DNA of 26,132 nucleotides from a virus (Duplodnaviria; Heunggongvirae; Uroviricota; Caudoviricetes): IMG/VR virus record IMGVR_UViG_2529292735_000025; one strand, 5' to 3'. Shown piece by piece: positions 1 to 8,404 of this stretch (position 1 is its first letter; each line of letters starts with the position of its first letter). The notes under the pieces were generated by a model. It saw only the letters and a program-made list of their open reading frames with translations, ran no database searches and was not told where the DNA came from. The position numbers and the translations under genes were made by a program.

Positions 1-981
1 TTATAACGTCACTCCGCCTTTTAGAGGATTCAGCGCGACGGCATTTTGCAGGTAGTCAGGCGCAAGGTGCGCATAGGCCATCGTCTGCTGAATGCTCGCA
101 TGTCCCAGAATCTGTTGCAGTGCGATTATATTGCCCCCATTCATCATGAAATGGCTTGCGAATGTATGCCGCAGGATGTGGGTTGCCTGATTGGGTGGTA
201 TATCTGGCTTCACTCTGCGTAAAATCCCGCAAAACTTCTCATAATCAACTTTGAATAATTTAGCGCTGGCCTCCTCTTTAACTTTTTTCTCCAGTTCCTC
301 AGAAATCGGCACGGTTCGCTTTTTACCGTTTTTGGTTTTCAGGAAGGTAACCCTGCAATTTGTAATCTGTGCTGGTTTTAGCGTGGCAACTTCCGTCCAT
401 CTTCCTCCAGTGCTCAGACATAAAAGTGCGACAAGTAAGTCATCACCATCCAGAACATTTAACAGTTTTTCGATTTCTGCTTTTTCCAGGAACGTCATTT
501 CAGGGTTGGCCTCCGCCAGTGGCGGCAGTCCGTGAATTGGGTGTTGCCCGGAAAATTCATCCAATTGAATTAATTTTGTGAACATGCCGGATAATCGGTA
601 CATGTCACGGTTTATCGTTGCGGCACTGATACCATCACGTAGTCGCATGGAACGATAATCCATCAAAGCTCTTTTGCTCATCCGGCTCACTGGTATATCA
701 CCTATGCCGCTGATGGTTTTGAGCAGATGATTAAACTCTTTTGTTCCATGCTCGTGGTTTTGCCCGTGATATTTCCACCAGATGTCCAGCAACTCACTCA
801 AAGTTCTGCGATCTGCTCGCTGACCTGCCCATTCTTTCTGGCTGGCGTAGGCGATTGTGTATCGCTCAAATGCTACAGCCTCAGCTTTTCTTTCAAATTT
901 CCTGCGGATGCGTTTTCCGTCGCGACCGCGAGGTCTAATGTCCACTTCATAGCGTCCATCATCGAGCTTCTTAATTGACAT
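1..981 (-). CDS. int: Tyrosine site-specific integrase, P2 Int-like
   Basis: ORF 1..1011 (-). C-terminal catalytic residues typical of tyrosine recombinases (HxLRHTFAS...GH...YAH). Start preferred at the second ATG (981): GAGGG Shine-Dalgarno 9 nt upstream and N-terminus MSIKKLDDGRYEVD as recalled for P2 Int. Position next to C/cox is P2-like. Confidence 0.9.
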   Translation of the reverse strand: MSIKKLDDGRYEVDIRPRGRDGKRIRRKFERKAEAVAFERYTIAYASQKEWAGQRADRRTLSELLDIWWKYHGQNHEHGTKEFNHLLKTISGIGDIPVSRMSKRALMDYRSMRLRDGISAATINRDMYRLSGMFTKLIQLDEFSGQHPIHGLPPLAEANPEMTFLEKAEIEKLLNVLDGDDLLVALLCLSTGGRWTEVATLKPAQITNCRVTFLKTKNGKKRTVPISEELEKKVKEEASAKLFKVDYEKFCGILRRVKPDIPPNQATHILRHTFASHFMMNGGNIIALQQILGHASIQQTMAYAHLAPDYLQNAVALNPLKGGVTL

Positions 982-1050
982 AAGAAAGCCCTCTGACGCT
1001 GTATTCACCATCTTGGTAACAAATGGTGAAAATGTAATGTTTATAGAGTG

Positions 1051-1344
1051 TTAACCAGTCTGTTTTTCGGAGTGGTCTGATTCTGTTGGTTTTTGCCCAA
1101 TGTGTGCGAGAGCCGGCGCGATCTGACCAGCTTGTGGTGACGTATCACCAGTCATTAACCAGAGCGTATATTTTTTAAATAAAGGCGTATTTGTGACTCG
1201 CATAACGATGCTGAGACCAGGGTCTTTATGCCCACTTTCGTAATTTTTGACTGTTCCTAGAGCTATCCCGCTAATTTCGCTGAATTTCGCCTGTGTTAAG
1301 CCTTCTGCTTTCCTAATCGCTTTCAGTTTTTCGAATGTCTGCAT
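1051..1344 (-). CDS. C: Immunity repressor, P2 C-like (97 aa)
   Basis: Small protein divergent from cox, immediately upstream of int; size and position match P2 repressor C. Confidence 0.8.
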   Translation of the reverse strand: MQTFEKLKAIRKAEGLTQAKFSEISGIALGTVKNYESGHKDPGLSIVMRVTNTPLFKKYTLWLMTGDTSPQAGQIAPALAHIGQKPTESDHSEKQTG

Positions 1345-1373
1345 TTGACAGTAACCTATTGGTGACTTATATT
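1345..1373 (+). promoter_or_regulatory. Candidate early promoter Pe (-35 TTGACA 1345-1350, 17-bp spacer, -10 TATATT 1368-1373)
   Basis: Sigma70 consensus-like hexamers with 17-bp spacing, directed toward cox, sitting directly next to the C start codon. Confidence 0.4.
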
Positions 1374-1400
1374 CCCGTCAAAAGGTTGTGTATTGGTGAC
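1357..1400. promoter_or_regulatory. Two direct repeats TATTGGTGAC (1357-1366, 1391-1400) flanking the -10; candidate repressor operator half-sites
   Basis: Perfect 10-bp direct repeat seen in sequence. The P2 C repressor is known to bind direct repeats flanking the Pe -10. Confidence 0.35.
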
Positions 1401-1496
1401 CTTTTGAGTGTGTTAGCCAGTCCCTAGAAAGGACAGGGGCGACCTAGAAGGGACTGGATCTAATAAGGGTAACACGAAAGCAAAAAGGGCTAATCA

Positions 1497-1769
1497 ATGG
1501 AAGTCAATGACTATGTGATTCAGTACCCGATTGATGCGGTACATACGGTTAAGTTTGCAGAGTTACTTGGTAAGCCAGAAACGGCTGTAGTCAAGATGGT
1601 AAAAGAGAATAAATTGCCAGTTATTGAGCTTCGTGATCCAAGTAAGCCGAACGCTCGTGTCGGTGAGAAGTGGGTTTTCATTCCAGAGTTTAATCGCGCT
1701 GTACGAGAGGCGTTTTATAACCGACCAGTTGAACAGCGTGATGCATGGCTTTTGTGGATGGGGTTGTGA
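1497..1769 (+). CDS. cox: Cox excisionase / transcriptional regulator (90 aa)
   Basis: First gene of the rightward early operon, divergent from C; size and position as P2 Cox. Confidence 0.8.
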   Translation: MEVNDYVIQYPIDAVHTVKFAELLGKPETAVVKMVKENKLPVIELRDPSKPNARVGEKWVFIPEFNRAVREAFYNRPVEQRDAWLLWMGL

Positions 1770-1771
1770 TT

Positions 1772-1942
1772 ATGAGTGAACCGCGTTGTATTGCTCAGTT
1801 ACTGCGTAACGAAAGCCCCAGGGCGATTGACTTCACCATCACCCACGGTAAGGGGCGTAAGGGAATCATTATCCGCACCAAAAAACAGAGTCCGTTAAAA
1901 AAGGCTCTGACCTTTCTGAAAAGCCGGAGGGTCTGGAAATGA
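1772..1942 (+). CDS. Small early protein, P2 orf78-like
   Basis: ORF in the cox-B interval; ATG at 1772 just after the cox stop. Track start at 1745 rejected because it overlaps cox. Confidence 0.45.
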   Translation: MSEPRCIAQLLRNESPRAIDFTITHGKGRKGIIIRTKKQSPLKKALTFLKSRRVWK

Positions 1943-2439
1943 CAGTGATGACGCTCAATCTCGTTGAAAAACAGCCAGCAGCTATGCGCCGGATAATTGG
2001 TAAGCATCTTGCCGTTCCTCGCTGGCAGGAGACATGTGATTATTATAATCAGATGATGGAGCGCGAACGGCTAACGGTTTGCTTTCATGCGCAGTTAAAA
2101 CAGCGTCACGCAACGATGCGTTTTGAAGAAATGAACGACGTCGAACGTGAACGGCTGGTTTGTGCAATTGATGAATTGCGTGGTGCATTCTCAAAACGCC
2201 GTCAGGTTGGCGCAAGTGAGTATGCATATATTAGTTTTTTAACAGTCAGTCAGCGTCGCACTTTATTTATGCATGCCGGATTGACTGAAAAAGAATTCAA
2301 CCAGCCATACTGGCGAATTAATGAAGAGTCATGTTACTGGCGTGATGCTTTATTCCGTGCATTACGTGAATTATTCAGCCTGTTTGAGTATGCACCGACA
2401 ATTCTGACGTCGGTAAAACCAGAGCAATATCTGCATTAA
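1939..2439 (+). CDS. B: Replication protein B (helicase-loader-like), 166 aa
   Basis: 166 aa, same length and position as P2 gpB; start overlaps the preceding stop (ATGA). Confidence 0.75.
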   Translation: MTVMTLNLVEKQPAAMRRIIGKHLAVPRWQETCDYYNQMMERERLTVCFHAQLKQRHATMRFEEMNDVERERLVCAIDELRGAFSKRRQVGASEYAYISFLTVSQRRTLFMHAGLTEKEFNQPYWRINEESCYWRDALFRALRELFSLFEYAPTILTSVKPEQYLH

Positions 2440-2501
2440 ATAATTAACCAGAGTTTTTAACGCACTTAATTGTGCGGGGCTTCTTTTTGCCTGGAGAAAG
2501 T

Positions 2502-2727
2502 CATGCATACAGTTTCTGAAAATCAGTGCGGTAAATACGCATTACTGCTGCAACAGGCCAGAACCGAAGCACAGGCCGACGCTGCGACGCGCTTTTCTTC
2601 TCATCTTGACGCCATGATTCGCCACATCACAAAGGCGGAGTTATCCCGCGTGGAGATAGTAGAGCTGCTCAGTCAGGAGTCGGAAAAATTTCACAATATC
2701 GGATTGTCTCGCGGGGAGGTGCTTTGA
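2502..2727 (+). CDS. Hypothetical early protein (P2 orf80 position)
   Basis: ORF with GGAG Shine-Dalgarno upstream of ATG 2502; translational coupling to the next ORF. Confidence 0.45.
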
Positions 2728-3026
2728 TGTCCTGTTCTCATTCTGTTGTATTACTGAATAACGCCTTAAAAATCGCCGTTATGAAAAATGGCGATTTGTC
2801 TCTTATTCAACTTTGCCTTGATAAAGAAAAACGCGACATAACTGAATCTGTTATCGCAATTTATCAGAATGAATTAAACCTCCTGTCTGATGTGGTCAAT
2901 TTACTTGTTAAACGCGCTGTATTCCACAAGCAAATTTCCTCAGTGGATGAACTGACAAAATTAACGACAGAACTTGCCAGTTATTGCGCTGATGTATCCA
3001 GAAAACTTAACGATAAAAGGAGCTGA
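2727..3026 (+). CDS. Hypothetical early protein (P2 orf81 position)
   Basis: ATG at 2727 overlapping the previous stop; GGGGAGG Shine-Dalgarno upstream. Confidence 0.45.
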   Translation: MSCSHSVVLLNNALKIAVMKNGDLSLIQLCLDKEKRDITESVIAIYQNELNLLSDVVNLLVKRAVFHKQISSVDELTKLTTELASYCADVSRKLNDKRS

Positions 3027-3028
3027 TA

Positions 3029-3253
3029 ATGCCGGACAACGTAGATTTTATTCAGGAACAACAGGCTGAATTACTGGAGCGGCAGATTAACGCGGCAAGG
3101 GTAAAACATTGCGGTGCTTCTGCGCTGGTTTGCGAAGAGTGTGACGCGCCAATACCTGCTGCCCGTCGTGCGGCTTATCCGTCAGCCACGCGTTGTGTTT
3201 CCTGTCAGTCAGTCTTTGAAGCAAAAAACAAACATTACCGGAGAACGGCATGA
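3029..3253 (+). CDS. TraR/DksA-family C4 zinc-finger protein (P2 orf82 position)
   Basis: 74 aa with CxxC...CxxC (CEECDAPIP...CVSC) near the C-terminus, typical of phage TraR-like zinc fingers. Confidence 0.6.
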   Translation: MPDNVDFIQEQQAELLERQINAARVKHCGASALVCEECDAPIPAARRAAYPSATRCVSCQSVFEAKNKHYRRTA

Positions 3254-3525
3254 GTATTCGTATTGAAATTGGCGAACGTTATGTCGTTACCAGTGACAGC
3301 TTTCAGTTTATTCTCCACGAGAAAAAGAGAGCGGAAAGCGGTAAAAACGCCGGTCAGGAATGGCTGTCGGTGGTTGGTTATTACCCGAAATTAAGCCAGC
3401 TCGTTTCCGGCCTGATGCATCACGATATTCTGACCGGAAGCGCAAAGTCTTTTGCTGATTTAAACGCGCAGGTTGAGCAACTCAGCAAGCGTTGTTCAGA
3501 GGCTTTTGGCTCATATGGCCGTTAA
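3250..3525 (+). CDS. Hypothetical early protein (P2 orf83 position)
   Basis: ORF translationally coupled to both neighbours. Confidence 0.45.
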   Translation: MSIRIEIGERYVVTSDSFQFILHEKKRAESGKNAGQEWLSVVGYYPKLSQLVSGLMHHDILTGSAKSFADLNAQVEQLSKRCSEAFGSYGR

Positions 3526-5785
3526 AGCCTCCGGGCGTTTTGTCCCTCCGTCAGCATTTGCCGCAGGCACCGGTAAGACGACCGGTGCTTATGCATGGAA
3601 CGCGCCACGCGAGGCCGTCGGGCGCGAAAGACCCCTTACACGTGACGAGATGCGTCAGGTGCAAGGTGTTTTATCCACGATTAACCGCCTGCCTTACTTT
3701 TTGCGCTCGCTGTTTACTTCACGCTATGACTACATCCGGCGCAATAAAAGCCCGGTGCACGGGTTTTATTTCCTCACATCCACTTTTCAGCGTCGTTTAT
3801 GGCCGCGCATTGAGCGTGTGAATCAGCGCCATGAAATGAACACCGACACGTCGTTGCTGTTTCTGGCAGAGCGTGACCACTATGCGCGCCTGCCGGGAAT
3901 GAATGACAAGGAGCTGAAAAAGTTTGCCGCCCGTATCTCATCGCAGCTTTTCATGATGTATGAGGAACTCAGCGATGCCTGGGTGGATGCGCATGGCGAA
4001 AAAGAATCACTGTTTACGGATGAGGCTCAGGCTCACCTGTATGGTCATGTTGCTGGCGCTGCACGAGCTTTCAATATTTCCCCTCTCTACTGGAAAAAAT
4101 ACCGTAAAGGACAGATGACCACGAGGCAGGCATATTCTGCCATTGCCCGTCTGTTTAACGATGAGTGGTGGACTCATCAGCTTAAAGGCCAGCGTATGCG
4201 CTGGCATGAAGCGTTACTGATAGCTGTCGGGGAGGTCAATAAAGACCGTTCTCCTTATGCCAGTAAACACGCCATTCGTGATGTGCGTGCGCGCCGCCAG
4301 GCAAATCTGGAATTTCTTAAATCGTGTGATCTCGAAAACAGGGAAACCGGCGAGCGCATCGACCTTATCAGTAAGGTGATGGGCAGTATTTCTAATCCTG
4401 AAATTCGCCGGATGGAGCTGATGAACACCATTGCTGGTATTGAGCGTTACGCCGCAGCAGAGGGTGATGTGGGGATGTTTATCACGCTCACCGCGCCGTC
4501 AAAGTATCACCCGACACGTCAGGTTGGAAAAGGCGAAAGTAAAACCGTCCAGCTAAATCACGGCTGGAACGATGAGGCATTTAATCCAAAGGATGCGCAG
4601 CGTTATCTCTGCCGCATCTGGAGCCTGATGCGCACGGCATTCAAGGATAATGATTTACAGGTCTACGGTTTGCGTGTCGTCGAGCCACACCACGACGGAA
4701 CGCCGCACTGGCATATGATGCTTTTTTGTAATCCACGCCAGCGTAACCAGATTATCGAAATCATGCGTCGCTATGCGCTCAAAGAGGATGGTGACGAAAG
4801 AGGAGCCGCGCGAAACCGTTTTCAGGCAAAGCACCTTAACCGGGGCGGTGCTGCGGGATATATCGCGAAATACATTTCAAAAAACATCGACGGCTATGCA
4901 CTGGATGGTCAGCTCGATAACGATACCGGCAGGCCGCTGAAAGACACTGCCGCGGCTGTTACCGCATGGGCGTCAACGTGGCGCATTCCGCAATTTAAAA
5001 CGGTTGGCCTGCCGACAATGGGGGCTTACCGTGAACTACGCAAATTGCCTCGCGGCGTCAGCATTGCTGATGAGTTTGACGAACGCGTCGAGGCTGCACG
5101 CGCTGCCGCAGACAGTGGCGATTTTGCGCTGTATATCAGCGCGCAGGGTGGGGCAAATGTCCCGCGCGATTGTCAGACTGTCAGGGTCGCCCGTAGCCCG
5201 TCGGATGACGTTAACGAGTACGAGGAAGAGGTCGAGAGAGTGGTCGGCATTTACGCGCCGCATCTCGGCGCGCGTCATATTCATATCACCAGAACGACGG
5301 ACTGGCGCATTGTGCCGAAAGTTCCGGTCGTTCAGCCTTTGACTTTAAAAAGCGGCATCGCCGCGCCTCGGAGTCCTGTCAATAACTGTGGAAAACTCAC
5401 CGGTGGTGATACTTCGTTACCGGCTCCCACACCTTCTGAGCACGCCGCAGCAGTGCTTAATCTGGTTGATGACGGTGTTATCGAATGGAGTGACCCGGAG
5501 GTCGTGAGGGCGCTCAGAGGTGCATTAAAACACGGTCGGAGAACGCCAAGTCGTCAGCAAAGAAACGGAAGCCCGTTAAAACCACATGAAATTGCACCAT
5601 CGGCCAGACTGACCCGGTCGGAAAGAATGCAAATTACCCGTATCCGCGTTGACCTTGCTCAGAACGGTATCAGGCCGCAGCGATGGGAGCTTGAGGCGCT
5701 GGCGCGTGGCGCGACCGTAAATTATGATGGGAAAACGTTTTCATATCCGATTTCTGATGGTTGGGCGGGATTTGAAACAAACTAA
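3515..5785 (+). CDS. A: Rolling-circle replication initiator endonuclease, P2 gpA-like
   Basis: About 756 aa; HUH-type motif (PHWHMMLF) and catalytic tyrosine motif (GYIAKYISKN). Start taken at ATG 3515 (MAVKASGRF); the track's 3473 start would overlap the upstream ORF. Confidence 0.9.
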   Translation: MAVKASGRFVPPSAFAAGTGKTTGAYAWNAPREAVGRERPLTRDEMRQVQGVLSTINRLPYFLRSLFTSRYDYIRRNKSPVHGFYFLTSTFQRRLWPRIERVNQRHEMNTDTSLLFLAERDHYARLPGMNDKELKKFAARISSQLFMMYEELSDAWVDAHGEKESLFTDEAQAHLYGHVAGAARAFNISPLYWKKYRKGQMTTRQAYSAIARLFNDEWWTHQLKGQRMRWHEALLIAVGEVNKDRSPYASKHAIRDVRARRQANLEFLKSCDLENRETGERIDLISKVMGSISNPEIRRMELMNTIAGIERYAAAEGDVGMFITLTAPSKYHPTRQVGKGESKTVQLNHGWNDEAFNPKDAQRYLCRIWSLMRTAFKDNDLQVYGLRVVEPHHDGTPHWHMMLFCNPRQRNQIIEIMRRYALKEDGDERGAARNRFQAKHLNRGGAAGYIAKYISKNIDGYALDGQLDNDTGRPLKDTAAAVTAWASTWRIPQFKTVGLPTMGAYRELRKLPRGVSIADEFDERVEAARAAADSGDFALYISAQGGANVPRDCQTVRVARSPSDDVNEYEEEVERVVGIYAPHLGARHIHITRTTDWRIVPKVPVVQPLTLKSGIAAPRSPVNNCGKLTGGDTSLPAPTPSEHAAAVLNLVDDGVIEWSDPEVVRALRGALKHGRRTPSRQQRNGSPLKPHEIAPSARLTRSERMQITRIRVDLAQNGIRPQRWELEALARGATVNYDGKTFSYPISDGWAGFETN

Positions 5786-5799
5786 CAATAATGATTGAC

Positions 5800-5830
5800 A
5801 TGCTTGATTTTGTATTCACAAATCAAGCAT
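5800..5830. promoter_or_regulatory. Perfect palindrome ATGCTTGATTT-N9-AAATCAAGCAT overlapping a TTGACA hexamer upstream of the methyltransferase
   Basis: 11-bp inverted arms at 5800-5810 and 5820-5830 seen directly; TTGACA at 5795-5800; AGGAGG Shine-Dalgarno at 5885-5890. Confidence 0.35.
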
Positions 5831-5896
5831 CAAGTAAACATCGATGATGAGAAAGAACAATGCTACAATCCCCACAGCATTAGAAGGAGGTTTATC

Positions 5897-6946
5897 TTGA
5901 TTAAGGTTGTTGATTTATTCTGTGGCGCGGGTGGCTTGACTCACGGTCTTCAGAAGTCGGGGCTTAATGTAGTTGCAGGTTATGATATAGATGCAGCCTG
6001 TCGATTTGCCTATGAGACAAATAATAAATCACTCTTTGTCCAGAAAAGTGTTACAGACATTGAGGACGGCGAATTAGTTAAATATTTCGAAGGAGCGAAG
6101 GTTCGAGTTTTGGCTGGTTGTGCCCCATGCCAACCTTTTTCAAGCTATACCAATAGTGCTAAATTAGGGGTAGTACGTTCAAAAGATAAAAGATGGTCTT
6201 TGCTTTATAGCTTTGCTAAGCAAATTAAATTTGCAAAGCCAGATATTATTACAATGGAAAACGTTCCCCGAGTGGTGAATCATAAGGTTTTTAAGGACTT
6301 CATTAAGTCTCTTAAAAATGATGGCTATTTTGTTTGGTATGGGGTGGTGTTTTGTCCAGACTATGGAATGGCACAAAGTCGTTCAAGATTAGTGTTATTG
6401 GCATCAAAATATGGAGAAATAGAAATAATTCCACCAACTCATGAGAAGAATGATTATAAAACGGTGCGAGATATAATCGGTAATCTTCCTGAAATTAGTG
6501 CCGGTGCTGTTCACGCTGGAGATAAACTACATCGCTCTGCATCATTATCTGATATTAATATAAAAAGAATAATGGCATCAAAACCTGGTGGAACATGGCG
6601 TGATTGGCCAGAAGAGCTAAGAGCAAAATGTCATACAAAAGAAAGTGGTTCTACATATACTGCTGTATATGGGAGAATGTGTTGGGATAAACTTGGACCG
6701 ACAATTACAACTCAATGTATTGGATATGGGAATGGACGCTTTGGGCACCCTGTCCAAAATAGAGCATTAAGTTTAAGAGAGGCTGCGCTATTACAGTCAT
6801 TCCCAGAAAAGTATGAGTTTTGGCCTGATGATGTAAAAATTGAAATGAGAACAGTTGCGCGTTTAATAGGTAATGCTGTTCCTGTTAGGCTTGGTGAGGT
6901 CGTAGGTGAAACTATTTTAAAACATTTGTCAGAAATGAATATTTAA
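5897..6946 (+). CDS. DNA (cytosine-5) methyltransferase
   Basis: Motif I DLFCGAGG, motif IV PCQPFS, motif VI ENV, motif VIII QSRSRL, motif X GNAVPV. Start placed at TTG 5897 (MIKVVDLFCGAGG), 7 nt after AGGAGG; the track start at 5795 is an upstream in-frame TTG. AT-rich relative to flanking phage genes. Confidence 0.9.
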   Translation: MIKVVDLFCGAGGLTHGLQKSGLNVVAGYDIDAACRFAYETNNKSLFVQKSVTDIEDGELVKYFEGAKVRVLAGCAPCQPFSSYTNSAKLGVVRSKDKRWSLLYSFAKQIKFAKPDIITMENVPRVVNHKVFKDFIKSLKNDGYFVWYGVVFCPDYGMAQSRSRLVLLASKYGEIEIIPPTHEKNDYKTVRDIIGNLPEISAGAVHAGDKLHRSASLSDINIKRIMASKPGGTWRDWPEELRAKCHTKESGSTYTAVYGRMCWDKLGPTITTQCIGYGNGRFGHPVQNRALSLREAALLQSFPEKYEFWPDDVKIEMRTVARLIGNAVPVRLGEVVGETILKHLSEMNI

Positions 6947-6958
6947 AACTTATGTCAT

Positions 6959-6981
6959 CCCCCTGTCAAAAAACAGGGGGG
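6959..6981. terminator. Hairpin CCCCCTGT-loop-ACAGGGGG between the convergent methyltransferase and ATPase genes; candidate bidirectional terminator
   Basis: 8-bp perfect stem with 7-nt A-rich loop in the 40-bp gap between two convergent stop codons. Confidence 0.5.
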
Positions 6982-6986
6982 TATAA

Positions 6987-7988
6987 TTAGATTCCCTCAA
7001 CTATTTTCATAATTCTAGCTGCATCATTCTTTTTGTCTTGATATTCAGCATAGGCTTGTTTTGATTGCACGATTAGGTCATTATATGTCAATATTTTTCC
7101 ATTGATAGAAAGTAATTGCATATTTATAAAGTGTTGGTTCTCTTGTAAATATCCAGAGCCAACCAGGAATATTACTTCTATATGCGGTATATTTCCACCT
7201 GGGCAATTTTTAGGGTTATTGGAGAACCATTGTGTCGTTGCCTGTACATATTTATTACCTTGTGCGACTAGGTTCATTATATCTGGGTGCACTTTAGGTC
7301 GTTTCATCTCAATAATTACATGCTTGCCAGAAACGGTTTTGAAAGCGATATCAATACGAGCACCGCTAGCAGCATCAGGGTTTATCTGTTTTAGTTCCTT
7401 GGTCAATGTTTGCTCCATAACAGATGTGCCTGTGACTCTTTCCCATGAAGGATCCAATAACCATAAATGATCATATAAATACATTTGTACAGCTCTTTCA
7501 AGCTGATTTTCATCAGTTATTTTTTGGAATTTTTCAATTACTTTAAGGCGTTGCGAAGTAATTTCATAAAACATGCTTGCTTCAATGTCATTGACAGATG
7601 CAAATACATCTTTAAAATTTTCTGATTGAAGGTTGCTTATTTTATCTAATGCATCAAGGTTGTCTTGAATTCTAAGTCTTTCAAAGGCTAATACCGTATT
7701 TTTTAATACGGTTTTTCTTGCTGCTTTTTGTTCTTCCTCATTACCAGAAAAACGGAATGTGTTTACTCGTCCAATTAACTTTTCGGCACTTTCTCTCTCA
7801 TGTTTTTTGAGAGAATTCAGCCATTCACTTACTATTGGAGTATTGCTTTTAACTTCATTTACTCCTTTTTCGCGTCTCCATTTATCCCAATCTTTATCGA
7901 TTAGTTGTAGCGTTCTTTCCAGAAAACCTTTAAGTACAGGGTATCTTGGATCATTCTGTTGTAGTTTTTGACGAGAAGATGTTGCCAT
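6987..7988 (-). CDS. C-terminal segment of a GHKL-ATPase/nuclease protein; contains a PD-(D/E)xK-like motif (RIDIAF ... VIIEMKR)
   Basis: 333-aa ORF from ATG 7988, but the same frame stays open with no stop and no ATG/GTG/TTG for a further 155 codons upstream to 8453, overlapping the end of the ATPase ORF. Most likely the downstream part of one about 650-aa gene. Confidence 0.7.
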   Translation of the reverse strand: MATSSRQKLQQNDPRYPVLKGFLERTLQLIDKDWDKWRREKGVNEVKSNTPIVSEWLNSLKKHERESAEKLIGRVNTFRFSGNEEEQKAARKTVLKNTVLAFERLRIQDNLDALDKISNLQSENFKDVFASVNDIEASMFYEITSQRLKVIEKFQKITDENQLERAVQMYLYDHLWLLDPSWERVTGTSVMEQTLTKELKQINPDAASGARIDIAFKTVSGKHVIIEMKRPKVHPDIMNLVAQGNKYVQATTQWFSNNPKNCPGGNIPHIEVIFLVGSGYLQENQHFINMQLLSINGKILTYNDLIVQSKQAYAEYQDKKNDAARIMKIVEGI

Positions 7989-8404
7989 ATCAGGCTTTTC
8001 GTTATCATCTAGAAAATCGGCGACTATTTCACCGACCAGATAATTGGTGAATACTTTAGCACTTCCAAATTCTAATAATATGTCCTCCTCAAAAACACGT
8101 CCGTGAGAGATTACAGTAATGCTGTTGTTAGATATTTCAGGGTCTTTCTTTAACTGTGATGGCTTAACTACACTGCCAATGTACCCACTAACTTTTACAT
8201 CTTTTCCTTCAAAGGTAATAGTATTTGGTAATATGTTTTTTTGTGTGATGTTTGTGCAGGATTTTATCCTTTCAGGGTCGGATTCGCCAAATTCCCAAAT
8301 GAACTCGAGATCTGAAAGGAAATCTCTATCTGCCGGTGTAATATCGGTCCCATTAATTTTAACTGTAAAGTTATGGTTGGGGCCAATAATGCTAAATCGA
8401 CGAG

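Noticed and set aside
3473-3514. Upstream extension of gene A to the 3473 start
   Set aside because: Would overlap the preceding ORF by 50 nt; ATG 3515 gives the expected N-terminus MAVKASGRF.
5795-5896. Methyltransferase start at 5795
   Set aside because: That start is an unsupported TTG that would put promoter-like sequence inside the gene; TTG 5897 has an AGGAGG ribosome-binding site and gives the usual N-terminus directly before motif I.
7102-7470. 122-aa plus-strand ORF (and 7759-7971)
   Set aside because: Antisense inside the ATPase/nuclease coding region; no ribosome-binding site.
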